A stretch of 64,000 bases of DNA from Candidatus Hydrogenedentota bacterium (lineage in GTDB: Bacteria > Hydrogenedentota > Hydrogenedentia > Hydrogenedentales > SLHB01), in the NCBI GenBank assembly GCA_029974275.1, contig JARKSN010000175.1, forward strand, positions 1 to 64,000, read 5' to 3'. Positions 36,041 through 46,800 of the stretch are shown in pieces. Both the position numbers and the translations under genes were made by a program. Each line of letters begins with the position of its first letter. Position 1 is the first letter of the stretch. Under the pieces are notes generated by a model that did no database searches, was not told the origin of the DNA, and was given only the letters and a program-made list of their open reading frames with translations.

Positions 36041-38467
36041 TTAGATGAACAGGTTGATGTCGCTATTTCCCGCCGCGCCCAGGTAGTGGCCGACGCCGCC
36101 GATCTCGACGCCGTCGATGAGTTCTTCGCGGCGGATGCCCATGACGTCCATGGACATCGAACAGGCGACGAAGCGGACGCCCGCCGCGCGCGCGCTTTGA
36201 ATCAAATCGGGCAGCGACATCACGTTCTTGGCGCGCATCACGCGTTTCATCATTGCGGATCCCATGCCGCCCATGTGCATTTTCGAGAGTTTGAGGCGGG
36301 CAGGGCCCTTGGGCATCATCATGCCGAACATCCGGTCGATGAGGCTTTTGGACGTGCGGGGCGCGGTCTTCTTGCGCAGCACGTTGAGGCCCCAAAACGT
36401 GAAGAATATCGTGACGGGCCCTCCCATGACGGCCGCGCCGTTGGCGATGACGAACGCGGCAAGCACGCGGTCGAGGTCGTTGGAGAAACAGACGATTGTC
36501 TTGCCCGGATGCGTCGTGGCGGCGCACGACGGGGCCGCGCCCGGATCGCCGCGCTCGCCGCGTTTCATCAATCGAGCCACGTAGGCTCCGTCGCGCGCGC
36601 TCACATCGATCAATTCGTTTCCGGTCGAAGCGCACCATGCGGGAATGTCCGCTGCAAATCCCGGGTCGCTTGCGGTGACTTCGAGCGTTTCGTTGAGGCG
36701 CATGCGCTCGATCGCCTGGCTTACCTTGACGAGGGGGCCTGGGCATTGCAGGCCGCGCACGTCGAGGCGGACGTCAACTTCCGCGCACGGAGCGGCGGCA
36801 GGGGCCGGAATTGAGGGGGGCGCTGGTTTGGGGTCTTGAGCGGGGACAACTCCGGATTTCTGAAACCATTGCCATGTGCGGTAGCCGCCGTTGAGGTTGT
36901 AGGCCTCGAATCCGTGTTGCCGGAGCATCCGGCAGACGACATAGCCGCGCAGCCCCACAGCGCAGTACACGCCAAGAGGCTTGTCGGGGGGGAGTTCGCC
37001 CAGCCGTTCGCGCAAGGAATCGATAGGAAGCAGTTTCGCGCCCGGTATGTGGCCTGCGGCCGCTTCTTCGGGCGTGCGGACGTCGATCCATTGAAGGCCG
37101 GACGGCGGGGCGTCGGGTTCGATGGTTTCGACGTCGCCGCGCAACAAATTGGCTGCGGCGAATCCCGCGATGTTGACGGGATGCCGCGCGCCGCCCCATT
37201 GCGGCGAGTACGCCAATTCCGAGTGTTCGAGGTCGTAGACGCTCCATTTTGCGCGCAGGGCCGTCGCGAAAACGTTGATCAAGGCGTCCACGCCATCGCC
37301 GCCGAGAACCTGTGCGCCCAGCAGCGCGCCCTCCGGGGCGAAAAGGAGCTTGATGGAGACGGGCTTGGCGCCGGGGTAGTAGCGCGGATGCTGAGTTGGG
37401 TGGACGTAGACGCGGCGATAGGGGATGTTCTGGGCGTTGAGGCGTTTTTCGCTCAGCCCCGTCTGTGCGGCGGCAAGGTGGAACACTTTGACGATCGCGG
37501 TGCCCTGCGTGCCGCGATAGGCGGCGTCGCGGCCTTGGGTCACGTCGGCGACGATGCGGCCCTGCCGGTTTGCCGGCCCGGCGAGCGGAACCGCGACGGG
37601 ATGGCCCGTTACGAAGTCGCGCGTCTCGACGCAGTCGCCGACGGCGAATATGGCGGGATCGCTGGTGCGCATGTTCGCGTCGGTGCGCACGTGCCCGCGA
37701 GGGCCAAGGTCGAGCCCCGCATCGCGGGCCAGTTCGCTCCGGGGCGTTACGCCCGCGCACAGACAGACGACGTCGCATGCGATCCGTGCGCCGCTGCGCA
37801 AGGTCACGCCCGCGGCGTCAATGGAAACCGCCTGTTCCTCGAGGCGCAATTCGACGCCCTGCATGCGCAACTCCTGCGCCAGCGGCTGGGTCATTTCCCA
37901 ATCCAGCGGAGGCAACACTTGGCTCATCATCTCGACGAGGACCACGTCCAACCCGCGTTCGCGGAAATTTTCGACCAGTTCCAGCCCGATGAACCCCGCG
38001 CCGATGACGCACACGCGCCGGGCGGCCGCCGTCGCCTGGACGATGCGGTCCATGTCATCGAGGGAGTTGAGCGTGAGGACGTTGGGACGGTCGATGCCCT
38101 CGATGGAAGGACGCAACGGCTCGGCTCCGGTGGAGAGCACCAGGATGTCGTAGGGCGCCATGAACGTCCGGTCTGCGTCGAGATCGCGAACCTCGACTTG
38201 TTTGCTGGCGCGGTCGATGCGCGTGACCTCGTGGCGCGTTCGGATGTCGATCCCGAACCGGCGGCGCAGCATGTCGGCTTCCGCCACGATCAGATTGGCG
38301 CGGTTGGGGATGATCTCTCCGATGTAGTAGGGCATGCCGCAGTTCGCGAACGAAACGTTCGCGCCGCGCTCAAAGACCGTTATCGAGAGGGATTCGTCAA
38401 GACGCCGTAACCGCGCGGCGCAACTCATGCCTCCGGCCACGCCGCCTACGATGATCACGTTTTTCAT
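36041..38467 (-). CDS. CoA-disulfide/persulfide reductase fused to rhodanese, TusA/SirA and DsrE2 domains
   Basis: GGVAGG, SFANCG, GAGFIG, YCAVGLRG, LDVRGLQCPGP, FFTFWG, ACSMSMD. Confidence 0.92.
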   Translation of the reverse strand: MKNVIIVGGVAGGMSCAARLRRLDESLSITVFERGANVSFANCGMPYYIGEIIPNRANLIVAEADMLRRRFGIDIRTRHEVTRIDRASKQVEVRDLDADRTFMAPYDILVLSTGAEPLRPSIEGIDRPNVLTLNSLDDMDRIVQATAAARRVCVIGAGFIGLELVENFRERGLDVVLVEMMSQVLPPLDWEMTQPLAQELRMQGVELRLEEQAVSIDAAGVTLRSGARIACDVVCLCAGVTPRSELARDAGLDLGPRGHVRTDANMRTSDPAIFAVGDCVETRDFVTGHPVAVPLAGPANRQGRIVADVTQGRDAAYRGTQGTAIVKVFHLAAAQTGLSEKRLNAQNIPYRRVYVHPTQHPRYYPGAKPVSIKLLFAPEGALLGAQVLGGDGVDALINVFATALRAKWSVYDLEHSELAYSPQWGGARHPVNIAGFAAANLLRGDVETIEPDAPPSGLQWIDVRTPEEAAAGHIPGAKLLPIDSLRERLGELPPDKPLGVYCAVGLRGYVVCRMLRQHGFEAYNLNGGYRTWQWFQKSGVVPAQDPKPAPPSIPAPAAAPCAEVDVRLDVRGLQCPGPLVKVSQAIERMRLNETLEVTASDPGFAADIPAWCASTGNELIDVSARDGAYVARLMKRGERGDPGAAPSCAATTHPGKTIVCFSNDLDRVLAAFVIANGAAVMGGPVTIFFTFWGLNVLRKKTAPRTSKSLIDRMFGMMMPKGPARLKLSKMHMGGMGSAMMKRVMRAKNVMSLPDLIQSARAAGVRFVACSMSMDVMGIRREELIDGVEIGGVGHYLGAAGNSDINLFI

Positions 38468-38530
38468 CGCTGCAACTCCTATGTGCCCGGCGCGGAAACG
38501 CCAGGCAGCGTTTGGTTCTCGATGGATTCC

Positions 38531-38983
38531 TCAGGAAGAGCCGCCGCCGCGCTGGGAAGCCAAGAGGTCGCGGATTTCGCACAACAATTCCTGGTCTTTG
38601 GTGAGCGGCGGCGGGGCAGTCGCTTCCATCTTCTTGGCTTTCGTCAGCCAGCCGAGAAATTTGACGATGAAGAGAAACAGAACCGCGGCGATGATCAAGA
38701 AGTTGATCACCTCGCCCAAGAAGAGGCCGTAGGGAATTTCCTTGCCCGAAAAGGCCAGTTTCCATTCCAAGTAGCCCTGCTCGCTGGGCAGGAGCATCCC
38801 GATCAACGGCATGATGATGTGCTTGACCAGCGAGTCGACGATCTTGCCGAACGCGGCGCCGATAATCACGCCTATCGCCAGATCGATTACGTTCCCTTTG
38901 AAGGCGAACTGTTTGAATTCGTCGAGCAACGACATCGTTTGTTGAGCGGGCAGCAACGATTTGGCTTTGTGGAGCGCGTCCAT
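38531..38983 (-). CDS. mscL: Large-conductance mechanosensitive channel
   Basis: EFKQFAFKGNVIDLAIGVIIGAAFGKIVDSLV...LLCEIRDLL. Confidence 0.96.
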   Translation of the reverse strand: MDALHKAKSLLPAQQTMSLLDEFKQFAFKGNVIDLAIGVIIGAAFGKIVDSLVKHIIMPLIGMLLPSEQGYLEWKLAFSGKEIPYGLFLGEVINFLIIAAVLFLFIVKFLGWLTKAKKMEATAPPPLTKDQELLCEIRDLLASQRGGGSS

Positions 38984-39195
38984 GGTTTCCCTCCCGGTTG
39001 CGAGTGCGCAGGTTGTTTGCCATTTTTCATTGCGACGGAACGGGCTGCATCATACCAAATTGGCCGGGATTTTCCTCGTTCCGCTTCGCCTTCCCGCAGG
39101 GAAATCGCATGCAAAAGCCGAGCGAAAGGCGCATGGTTTCGGAGATTTTCCAACACTTGGTCGCTATTCGGCGCGGCTGGGCGCAGGGGGGCTTG

Positions 39196-40242
39196 TCAGC
39201 CCTTGGCCCGCGCATCGCTGTCTTGGACGGATCGCTGTCGCTTCAGTTCCGCGATTGGGACAGACGAGGCGGCGTAGGCGCGACGGCAAAGAGAAAACTT
39301 ATGCGCGGCGTCGTTGCGGCGGCGGCATAGGCATGCGATCGTCGCCGACGCGGCGAAGACGGCTGCATCGAGCAGATGCGTCGTCCATGACGCGAACGCT
39401 CCGTAGTGTTTTCGGAAGCATTTGTATTTGCTGCGATACAAGTGGAAACGGGAGAGGTCGCTGACGCCGCCGGAGACGCTGCCGCCGTGGCGGTGAATGA
39501 CAACGGCTTCGGGGCAGTAGTGAACCTCGAGTCCCTTGCGGCGCGCGGGAAGAAAGAGGTCCATTTCTTCCTCGTAGAGGAAGATGTCTTCGTCGAATCC
39601 GCCTATTGCATCGAGATAGCTGCGCCGCATCATGAAACATGCGCCGGACACCATGTCGACCTGCGTCGCCTGCTGGTGTTCTTCTTCGGTGAGCCAGTTG
39701 TGGAGCGATCGAAATCGTTTTGGAAACCGCGCTTGCAGCCCGGAAACGCTCCAGAAGTTTCGCAGCGGCGTCGGGAATCGCCGGCACGAAGCCTGAAAAC
39801 GCCCATCGGGATAGACCAATCGCGGACCCACCGCAATGCGCTTCTCGTCGATCATGATGTTGGCGAAAAGCCTGTCTGACGCGCCGGGGGCAAGCTGGGC
39901 GTCCGAGTTTAGGAACAGCAAGAAATCGCCGTTGCCGGCGGCGACGCCCCGGTTGTTGGCCGGTCCAAATCCGATGTTCTCAGGAAGCGATATCAGGTGG
40001 ACGTTCGGGTATTCCGTGCGCACCATTTCGACCGATCCGTCGGAGCTCCCGTTGTCCACGACGTGCGTGCGGAACGGGGGGGCAAGGTCGCACGTGGCGG
40101 CGATGGAGTCGAGGCACTGGCGCAGCAACTCGCGCGTGTTGTAATTGACGATGACGATGTCGATGATCGCGCCGGAGTCTCCGGCGGCTGTGTGGCTCTC
40201 GTTTTGGGCAAGAGCGTGCGCATCCGTCGAATTCAGCCGCAT
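39196..40242 (-). CDS. GT2 glycosyltransferase (WbbL/rhamnosyltransferase-like)
   Basis: IVIVNYN, VVDNGSSD, NIGFG.ANN, FLNSD, VSGAC, GFDEDIFLYEEE. Confidence 0.9.
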   Translation of the reverse strand: MRLNSTDAHALAQNESHTAAGDSGAIIDIVIVNYNTRELLRQCLDSIAATCDLAPPFRTHVVDNGSSDGSVEMVRTEYPNVHLISLPENIGFGPANNRGVAAGNGDFLLFLNSDAQLAPGASDRLFANIMIDEKRIAVGPRLVYPDGRFQASCRRFPTPLRNFWSVSGLQARFPKRFRSLHNWLTEEEHQQATQVDMVSGACFMMRRSYLDAIGGFDEDIFLYEEEMDLFLPARRKGLEVHYCPEAVVIHRHGGSVSGGVSDLSRFHLYRSKYKCFRKHYGAFASWTTHLLDAAVFAASATIACLCRRRNDAAHKFSLCRRAYAASSVPIAELKRQRSVQDSDARAKG

Positions 40243-41447
40243 GCGCAGGCCTCGTCCCACATCGTTTCCATGTTTTCGGGCGGAACGCCGGGCTGGATGT
40301 TGTGGACCGCCGCGAAAACGAACCCGCCGCCGGGCGCAAGGTCGCCGATGCGACGTTGCACTTCCTGGCGGACTTCTTCGGGCGTGCCTTGCGGCAATAC
40401 GGTCTGGGTGTCGCATCCGCCGCCCCAAAACACGATGTCACGCCCGAAATCGGCCTTGAGGCGTTGCGTGTCCATGCCCGTTGCGGAAACCTGGACCGGA
40501 TTGAGGATATCCACGCCCATCTCGATCAGGTCTGGGATAAACGCGCGCACGGAACCGCAGGAATGCAAGAAGAGCTTGGCGTTGCCCATCTTGCTTTTCA
40601 TGTGGGAGTAAAGGCGCTGCGTCGGCGGCTTGACCAGTCTGCGCCACATGTCGGGGTCGATCTGCGGCCCATGCTGCGTGCCGAGATCATCGGCAATGCA
40701 CACGACGTCGAGATACGGCCCGAGCGCCTCGATGTACGCGTCGAACTCCTCGATATGCGCGTCCGCCAGGGCGTCCATCAACGCCACGGCAAAGGCATCA
40801 TCCGCGGCGAGATCGCATAGGAAATCGGCCATGCCCCGAATGAGTTGCGCGGCGGCGAAAATGTGGCCGCCAAACGCGCCCGCCAGCGCATAGTCCGTCG
40901 TCTCGCGCACCGTGCGCGCCCGGGCAACGCGGTCATCGAGCGTCTCGTCCAACCACGCCGACCGGTCCAGGAACCGAATGACATGCCGGTACCGCGCCAC
41001 GTCCTCGATTGTCCGGATAAACGGAAACACCGGACCTGTCGGCGAGAACCACGGCGACTGGGCATGGCGCACGATCAACGGCTGGCCGTCCTGTCCCAAC
41101 ACCGCTTCGCCGCCGTCGTCGAGCCGCACCGGATTCCAGCCCTCGGGAACCTCGCAGGGAGAGCCGTCGAATAACGTGGAGGTCTTCCATGCCTTTGGTT
41201 CGAACCCGATGCGCACGATGTCGCCGTGAAAACGCGCGCGCACCGGCTCCTCGACGGTGGCCGTCTGCATATAGACATGATGCAGGCGCGTGGCCCCATC
41301 GTGCAGTCCCATATGCCGTTTCAAGGCGTTGTACGCGACGCCGTGAATACTCGTTACTTCCGTGCCGCCGACATCGATAGGGACGCGGTCCGGTTCTTTG
41401 TGGTTCAAAGTTGCCACTACGCGCTCGCGTGACGTCATCATGGGCAT
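40233..41447 (-). CDS. Uroporphyrinogen decarboxylase / MtaA-CmuA family protein
   Basis: MTSRERV...EPDRVPID, ADDLGTQ, LHSCG, LNPVQ, FWGGGCDTQ, PGGGFVFAAVHNIQ. Confidence 0.9.
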   Translation of the reverse strand: MPMMTSRERVVATLNHKEPDRVPIDVGGTEVTSIHGVAYNALKRHMGLHDGATRLHHVYMQTATVEEPVRARFHGDIVRIGFEPKAWKTSTLFDGSPCEVPEGWNPVRLDDGGEAVLGQDGQPLIVRHAQSPWFSPTGPVFPFIRTIEDVARYRHVIRFLDRSAWLDETLDDRVARARTVRETTDYALAGAFGGHIFAAAQLIRGMADFLCDLAADDAFAVALMDALADAHIEEFDAYIEALGPYLDVVCIADDLGTQHGPQIDPDMWRRLVKPPTQRLYSHMKSKMGNAKLFLHSCGSVRAFIPDLIEMGVDILNPVQVSATGMDTQRLKADFGRDIVFWGGGCDTQTVLPQGTPEEVRQEVQRRIGDLAPGGGFVFAAVHNIQPGVPPENMETMWDEACACG

Positions 41448-41555
41448 GACTCCTCCTTGCTGTGTAGATGCAGCATACGAACTGACGGCCGTGGTTGTCC
41501 AGCGCCAAAATGAAACGGTACTGCGTCAAGTAAAATGCGCCAAGAATAGAAAACA

Positions 41556-41584
41556 TTGTATTTTTCAATAAAACGGAATATAAT
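41556..41584 (+). promoter_or_regulatory. Sigma70 promoter giving a probably leaderless DUF2089 mRNA
   Basis: TTGTAT-17 nt-TATAAT; ATG 7 nt after the -10 box; no Shine-Dalgarno. Confidence 0.7.
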
Positions 41585-41591
41585 TTCTGTT

Positions 41592-41966
41592 ATGGAAAAC
41601 AAACCAAAACAAATATTCGATTGCCCGTATTGCGGACATGCCATGCAGCCGCTCGTGATGGGATGTGCACATTGTGACGTCGAAATTCGCGGAAGCTTCC
41701 GCGCGAGCCCGTTTCAATCGTTGCCGGATGAACAGCAGGCCTTTCTGGAAAAATATCTTCTGGCCGGGTTCAGCATCAAGGCCCTGGAAGAGGAAACAGG
41801 GATGGGCTATGTCGCTATTCGTTCCCGGTTGGACAAGCTTATCGATAGTTACCGTGTTCTGGTTGACGCGGAGAACCAGCGCATCGAGATTCTCGATCGG
41901 GTCGCCAAGGGCGAGATATCGGCGGAAGAGGGGGCTGAACGGTTGAGGAGGATGGGGGATGTCTGA
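41592..41966 (+). CDS. DUF2089-family protein (Zn ribbon, HTH, SHOCT-like tail)
   Basis: CPYCG...CAHC..EIRG.F, SIKALEEETGMGYVAIRSRLDKLI, ILDRVAKGEISAEEG. Confidence 0.88.
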   Translation: MENKPKQIFDCPYCGHAMQPLVMGCAHCDVEIRGSFRASPFQSLPDEQQAFLEKYLLAGFSIKALEEETGMGYVAIRSRLDKLIDSYRVLVDAENQRIEILDRVAKGEISAEEGAERLRRMGDV

Positions 41967-43641
41967 GCGAGAGAATACGGAATCCGCGTCGGATCACTTG
42001 GAGACCCTCCGCGCCTCGGGGCAACTATCGGAAGCCGACTACACAAAGTTGCGGGAAGCCATGCGGGCGTCGGCAAGGAACAAGACAACCGCCCCGCCCG
42101 CCCTCCCGCCGCTCCCAAGGAGGAAGCGAATACCTTGGGGCCCCATGGTAATTGGCGTAGTTGCGGGTGCGCTGTGCCTCTTGATGGTGCTGGGGTACGT
42201 GTGGCGTAACCGAGACGGCGCCGCTGTTCCTGTTGTCATCTGGGACATGAGTGCTTCGGGACTCCTGGATGAGACGAACCGGTTGTACACCATCGAAAAC
42301 AAGACCGTCCATGTGTGGCCGCTTACCAAGCCGGACAAGTGCCCTGCGGGACTGGGCAATATCGCCGAGGGGAAACCCGACGTCAACACCATTGTCATCA
42401 CATACGACGTCGCACGCTCGGGGACCTACTACCTGCATATCGAATGGAACCCCGGTGGCAGCGGCGAGGAACGCTTCGAGGTGCTCAACAACGGGCAACT
42501 CATCCGAAAAAGCGAGGCGCGGCATGGTGAGGGCAACGCGTCGAATACAACCGACATCTTCGAAGTGCCCCACCGCAAGGGGACGAACGTCCTGACATTG
42601 CATCGACTGTCCGGGGATGGCATGCACTTTTTAGGAGTTGCGCTGACGAGTGTCCGCGATCTAGACACGGCTCGACAACAAACGAGCAACGAAACGCCGT
42701 CGGCAGCCGCGAGCCAACCGTCCGATCCCCAAGCGGAACCATCCCAGTCGGAGACACCTGCCGCGCAGCCTACAAAGCCAGCGGTTCAGACGATGAAGCC
42801 CGACCTCAAGCACCCAGATGTGGGCAGCTACAGCGCTGCGATTGGCGCGCAGGGCATGGTGTTGACGAGTGAGCACATCCTCTTCTTCGCACCGCAGGCA
42901 GCCAGCTACTCAGCCCAGATCATTTTCCCTTATCTCGTGAAAGCGTACGACGAACTCAAGGCCATTACGGGCGTCGACACGAAATACAAAATCGTCGTCT
43001 ATCACTTCGCGCCAGGGAACGCCGACGCGTTCGGCGGCACAAGCGAATGTGTCATCTACTACGACTACGGGAATCTCTACATCGACCAGTTTCCCGAGTG
43101 GACCCAGCACCACGTGCCTCACGTCAGCGGGTACATCGAGGAGATGGCCCACAACTTCGTTGGCACGACAAACGTCCAATTCGGCTGGGAGATGGTCGGG
43201 TGGTCGTTGGGAATCGCAGCATCTCGGAAAGTGGCCGACAACCCCATCTTCGAGGCCAGCCTGCGCCAAACGCGCGCGGGCCAAGCCGATACCTATCAAC
43301 GCTACATGACTGCGGGATGCGTGCTGCCCCCGGATGTAGATCCCAACCAGGTCGATCGCATTCATGCCTATATTCTTGGACAATGCGAACAACGTTATGG
43401 AGCTCGTTTCTGGCCGGATTTCTTCAAGGAAGTCCGCAAACAACACGAGGCATTGGAGCAGGCTCTCTCGCTCCCCGACGACGAAAACCGTAACGCGCGC
43501 TACCAGATATCCGTCGAGTGTTTCGATCGACTGCCAGGGCTGGACTTCAAAAAAATGCTTCAGTCCTCGGGGATATCCCTCACGACGGACGTGAAAGCGC
43601 TGCATCCCACCGAGCCCGGCTGGAACCGGCAACTACAGTGA
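41959..43641 (+). CDS. Single-pass membrane protein: SHOCT-like cytoplasmic helix pair, extracytoplasmic beta-sandwich and zincin-like domain
   Basis: LETLRASGQLSEADYTKLR; TM MVIGVVAGALCLLMVLGYVW; P/S/Q linker; YIEEMAHNF...GWEM; overlaps the DUF2089 stop. Confidence 0.7.
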   Translation: MSERENTESASDHLETLRASGQLSEADYTKLREAMRASARNKTTAPPALPPLPRRKRIPWGPMVIGVVAGALCLLMVLGYVWRNRDGAAVPVVIWDMSASGLLDETNRLYTIENKTVHVWPLTKPDKCPAGLGNIAEGKPDVNTIVITYDVARSGTYYLHIEWNPGGSGEERFEVLNNGQLIRKSEARHGEGNASNTTDIFEVPHRKGTNVLTLHRLSGDGMHFLGVALTSVRDLDTARQQTSNETPSAAASQPSDPQAEPSQSETPAAQPTKPAVQTMKPDLKHPDVGSYSAAIGAQGMVLTSEHILFFAPQAASYSAQIIFPYLVKAYDELKAITGVDTKYKIVVYHFAPGNADAFGGTSECVIYYDYGNLYIDQFPEWTQHHVPHVSGYIEEMAHNFVGTTNVQFGWEMVGWSLGIAASRKVADNPIFEASLRQTRAGQADTYQRYMTAGCVLPPDVDPNQVDRIHAYILGQCEQRYGARFWPDFFKEVRKQHEALEQALSLPDDENRNARYQISVECFDRLPGLDFKKMLQSSGISLTTDVKALHPTEPGWNRQLQ

Positions 43642-43840
43642 GAACGAACCTCTCGCCCGCGCGAACCGCGCCCCCCCAAAATAGGACGGAGACGAGCCCG
43701 CCGTGCAGTTCGAAGGCTTGCACGCCGATTTCGATTTTCCGGCAACGAGGAGTATAATCCCGCCCCATTGTTTGCATTGACGGGTGGTTGGACTGTGTAG
43801 ACGCCTGTTAGCAGGGCCAACGAAAAGGAATATGCCAGGT

Positions 43841-46800
43841 ATGCCAGACTTCGAAGCGGCGCGGAAAATAGAAGCAACGCAGGTGCGTTTGCGTTTGACC
43901 GAGATCGAACAGACCATTTATCAAGACAAACAACCCCTCGATCGCGTCGAGGCGGTGGTGACGGGGCTGGGCCGGGGCGTCGAGCCGATGCCTGCGTCTG
44001 GCTGGAAGGCCTTCGCCGTGCCGGGACGTTGGGGCGGACGCGACCAGACGACGTGGTTCCGCATGAAGTGCGCCGTGCCCAAGGCGATGCAGGGCAAGAC
44101 GCTGTATGCGCTGTTCGCCGTGGGCGGCGAGGCCCTGGCGTATGTCAACGGCAAGCCCGCGCAGGGCATTGACGGCAACCACACGGAACTGCTGCTGACC
44201 GAGAAGGCCAAGGCGGGGCAAACGTTCACGATCGTCCTCGAGTGCACGCCGGGCACGTGGCACGATGTCCACCCCTTTTTCGAGAAAGTCGAGGTCGCGT
44301 CATTCAACAAGCCGGCATGGGATTTTTATTGGGACGCCACGGTCGCGCTGGACACGTGGGAAGCGCTTCCCGAAAACTACGCGCCGCGCCGCAAGCTACT
44401 GGAGACGATCAAGTCTTGCGTAACGCTTGTCGACTTGCAGCACAAAGAAGAGCCGGCGTATTGGCGATCGATCGAGACGGCGCGCAAGGCGTTGAAAAAC
44501 GCCCTCAAGGAATTCGAGACCAGCTACGGCGTGGGCGCCCTCACGCTACTGGGCCATTCGCATATTGACACGGCCTGGTTGTGGCCGTTGCGCGAGACGC
44601 ATCGCAAGTGCGGGCGCACCTTCTCGACGGTCCTTGCGCTGATGGACCGCTACCCCGAGTACCACTTCACGTGCAGTCAAGCCGCGCAGTACGCGTGGGT
44701 CAAGAAGGACTATCCTGATCTGTACGCGCGCATCAAGCAGCGCGTCAAGGAAGGCCGTTGGGACCCGGCGGGCGCGTTGTGGGTCGAGCCGGACTTGAAC
44801 GTGCCGTCGGGCGAGGCGCTGGTGCGGCAGGTGCTGTACGGCAAGCGTTTTTTTCGCAAGGAATTCGGCATTGATCCGAAGGTGGCGTGGACGCCGGACA
44901 CGTTCGGTTACTGCTGGGCGTTGCCGCAGATTCTGACGCGCGCGCAGGTCACGCATTTTGTGACGAGCAAGCTGCGCTGGGGCAGCAAGTTCACCGAGTT
45001 CCCGTATCATTTGTGGGAGTGGGAAGGGACCGACGGCAGCCGCATCATGGCGTCGATGCCGTATGACTACAACAACAAGCCCTTTCCCAAAAACCTGCTG
45101 TACCAGTGGGAAAGCTTTCATCAAAAGGACAAGGTCGACGAGTTTCTCTTTCCGTTCGGTTGGGGCGATGGCGGCGGCGGCCCGACGGCCTCGATGATCG
45201 AACACGGAAAACGCCTCGGCAACCGGGTCGGCATCCCGAAGGCGACGTTCGGTCGCGCATTGGACGCGCTCGACCGCATTCGCAAGCAAGCCGACGAAAC
45301 CGGCCTGCCGGTGTGGAACGGCGAGCTTTACTACGAATATCACCGCGGCTGCCAAACCACGCAGGCGCGCACCAAACGCCATAACCGCAAGTGCGAACTT
45401 CTCCTGCGCGCGACGGAGTTTTTCAGCAGTCTCGCATTGCTCAACGGCGGCGGCTACGATCAAGCCACGATTGAAGAGGCCTGGAAGATCGTGCTGACCA
45501 ACCAGTTTCATGATATCCTGCCAGGCACGTCCATTCGCGAAGTGTATGAGACCACCGAAAAACACTACGCCCAAGCCCAGGCGATGCTCGGCGACGTGCG
45601 CGCCAAGGCCCTCTCGCGTCTGGTCAAAAAGATCGACACTTCCGGCGAGGGCGCGCCCATCCTTCTGTTCAACAATCTATCGTGGCAGCGCAGCGACGTC
45701 GTCCAGGCGTCCGTCGCGCTGCCCAAGGGCGCGTTTGGCGTCTGCGACCAAGAGGGCCGTCCCGTGCCGCACCAGATCGTCGGCGAGAACGCGCTGCTCA
45801 TCGAAGCGCACGATCTGCCGCCGATGGGGTACGCCGTGTATCGCCTCGTTCCCGGCGGCGACGAGGCCGAGGCGAGCGGCTTGCTGTCCGCGACGAGCAA
45901 GGGCATGGAGAACGATTTCGTCAAGTTCTCTTTCGACAAGAGGGGAACTGTCGTCGGGTTGTACGACAAGACCGCGCAACGCGACGTGTTTCCCAAGGGA
46001 CAGCCCGGCAACGTGCTGCAACTCTTTGACGACCGTCCGCATGCGTGGGACGCATGGGACATCGACCACAATTTCGAGGAGGTGCAGTGGGAGCCGAAAC
46101 CCGCCGAATCGATCACGGTCGTCGAGACGGGGCCTGTTCGCGCGGCGGTGCGCATCGTGCGCAAAACCGAGAGGAGCATCATCACGCAGGACGTCACGCT
46201 CTATGCCAACTCGCCCCGCATCGATTTCGTCACGCATGTTGACTGGCACGAGAAGCGCGTGTTGATGAAAGCCGCTTTCCCGATCGATGTGCGGTCGTCG
46301 CGGGCCGCGTATGAAATTCAGTTCGGCGTGATCGAGCGGCCTACGCATCGAAACCGCGAGGCCGATGTGGCGCAGTTCGAGGTGACCGGCCACAAATGGG
46401 CGGATGTGTCCGAAGGCGACTACGGCGTTAGCTTGTTGAACGACTGCAAGTACGGCTACGACGTGCACGAGAACGTGATGCGCCTGTCTTTGCTGCGTGC
46501 GACGCAAGTGCCCGATGAAGCCGCCGACCAAGGCGAGCATCGGTTCACGTATTCGCTGCTGCCGCACTTGGGCGACTGGCGCACGAACACGGTTCAAATG
46601 GGCCACGAGTTGAATTCGCCCGTGCTGGCGTTTGAAGCGCCGGGAAGTAAAGGGCCGTTGCCCCCGGTCGACAGCTACGTGAGCGTCGACGTCGAAAACG
46701 TCATCGTCGACACCGTGAAGCGCGCCGAGGATTCGGACGCCGTCATCGTGCGCGTGTACGAAGCCTACGGCCAGCGCGGTCCGGCGCGCATCTCCTTCCA

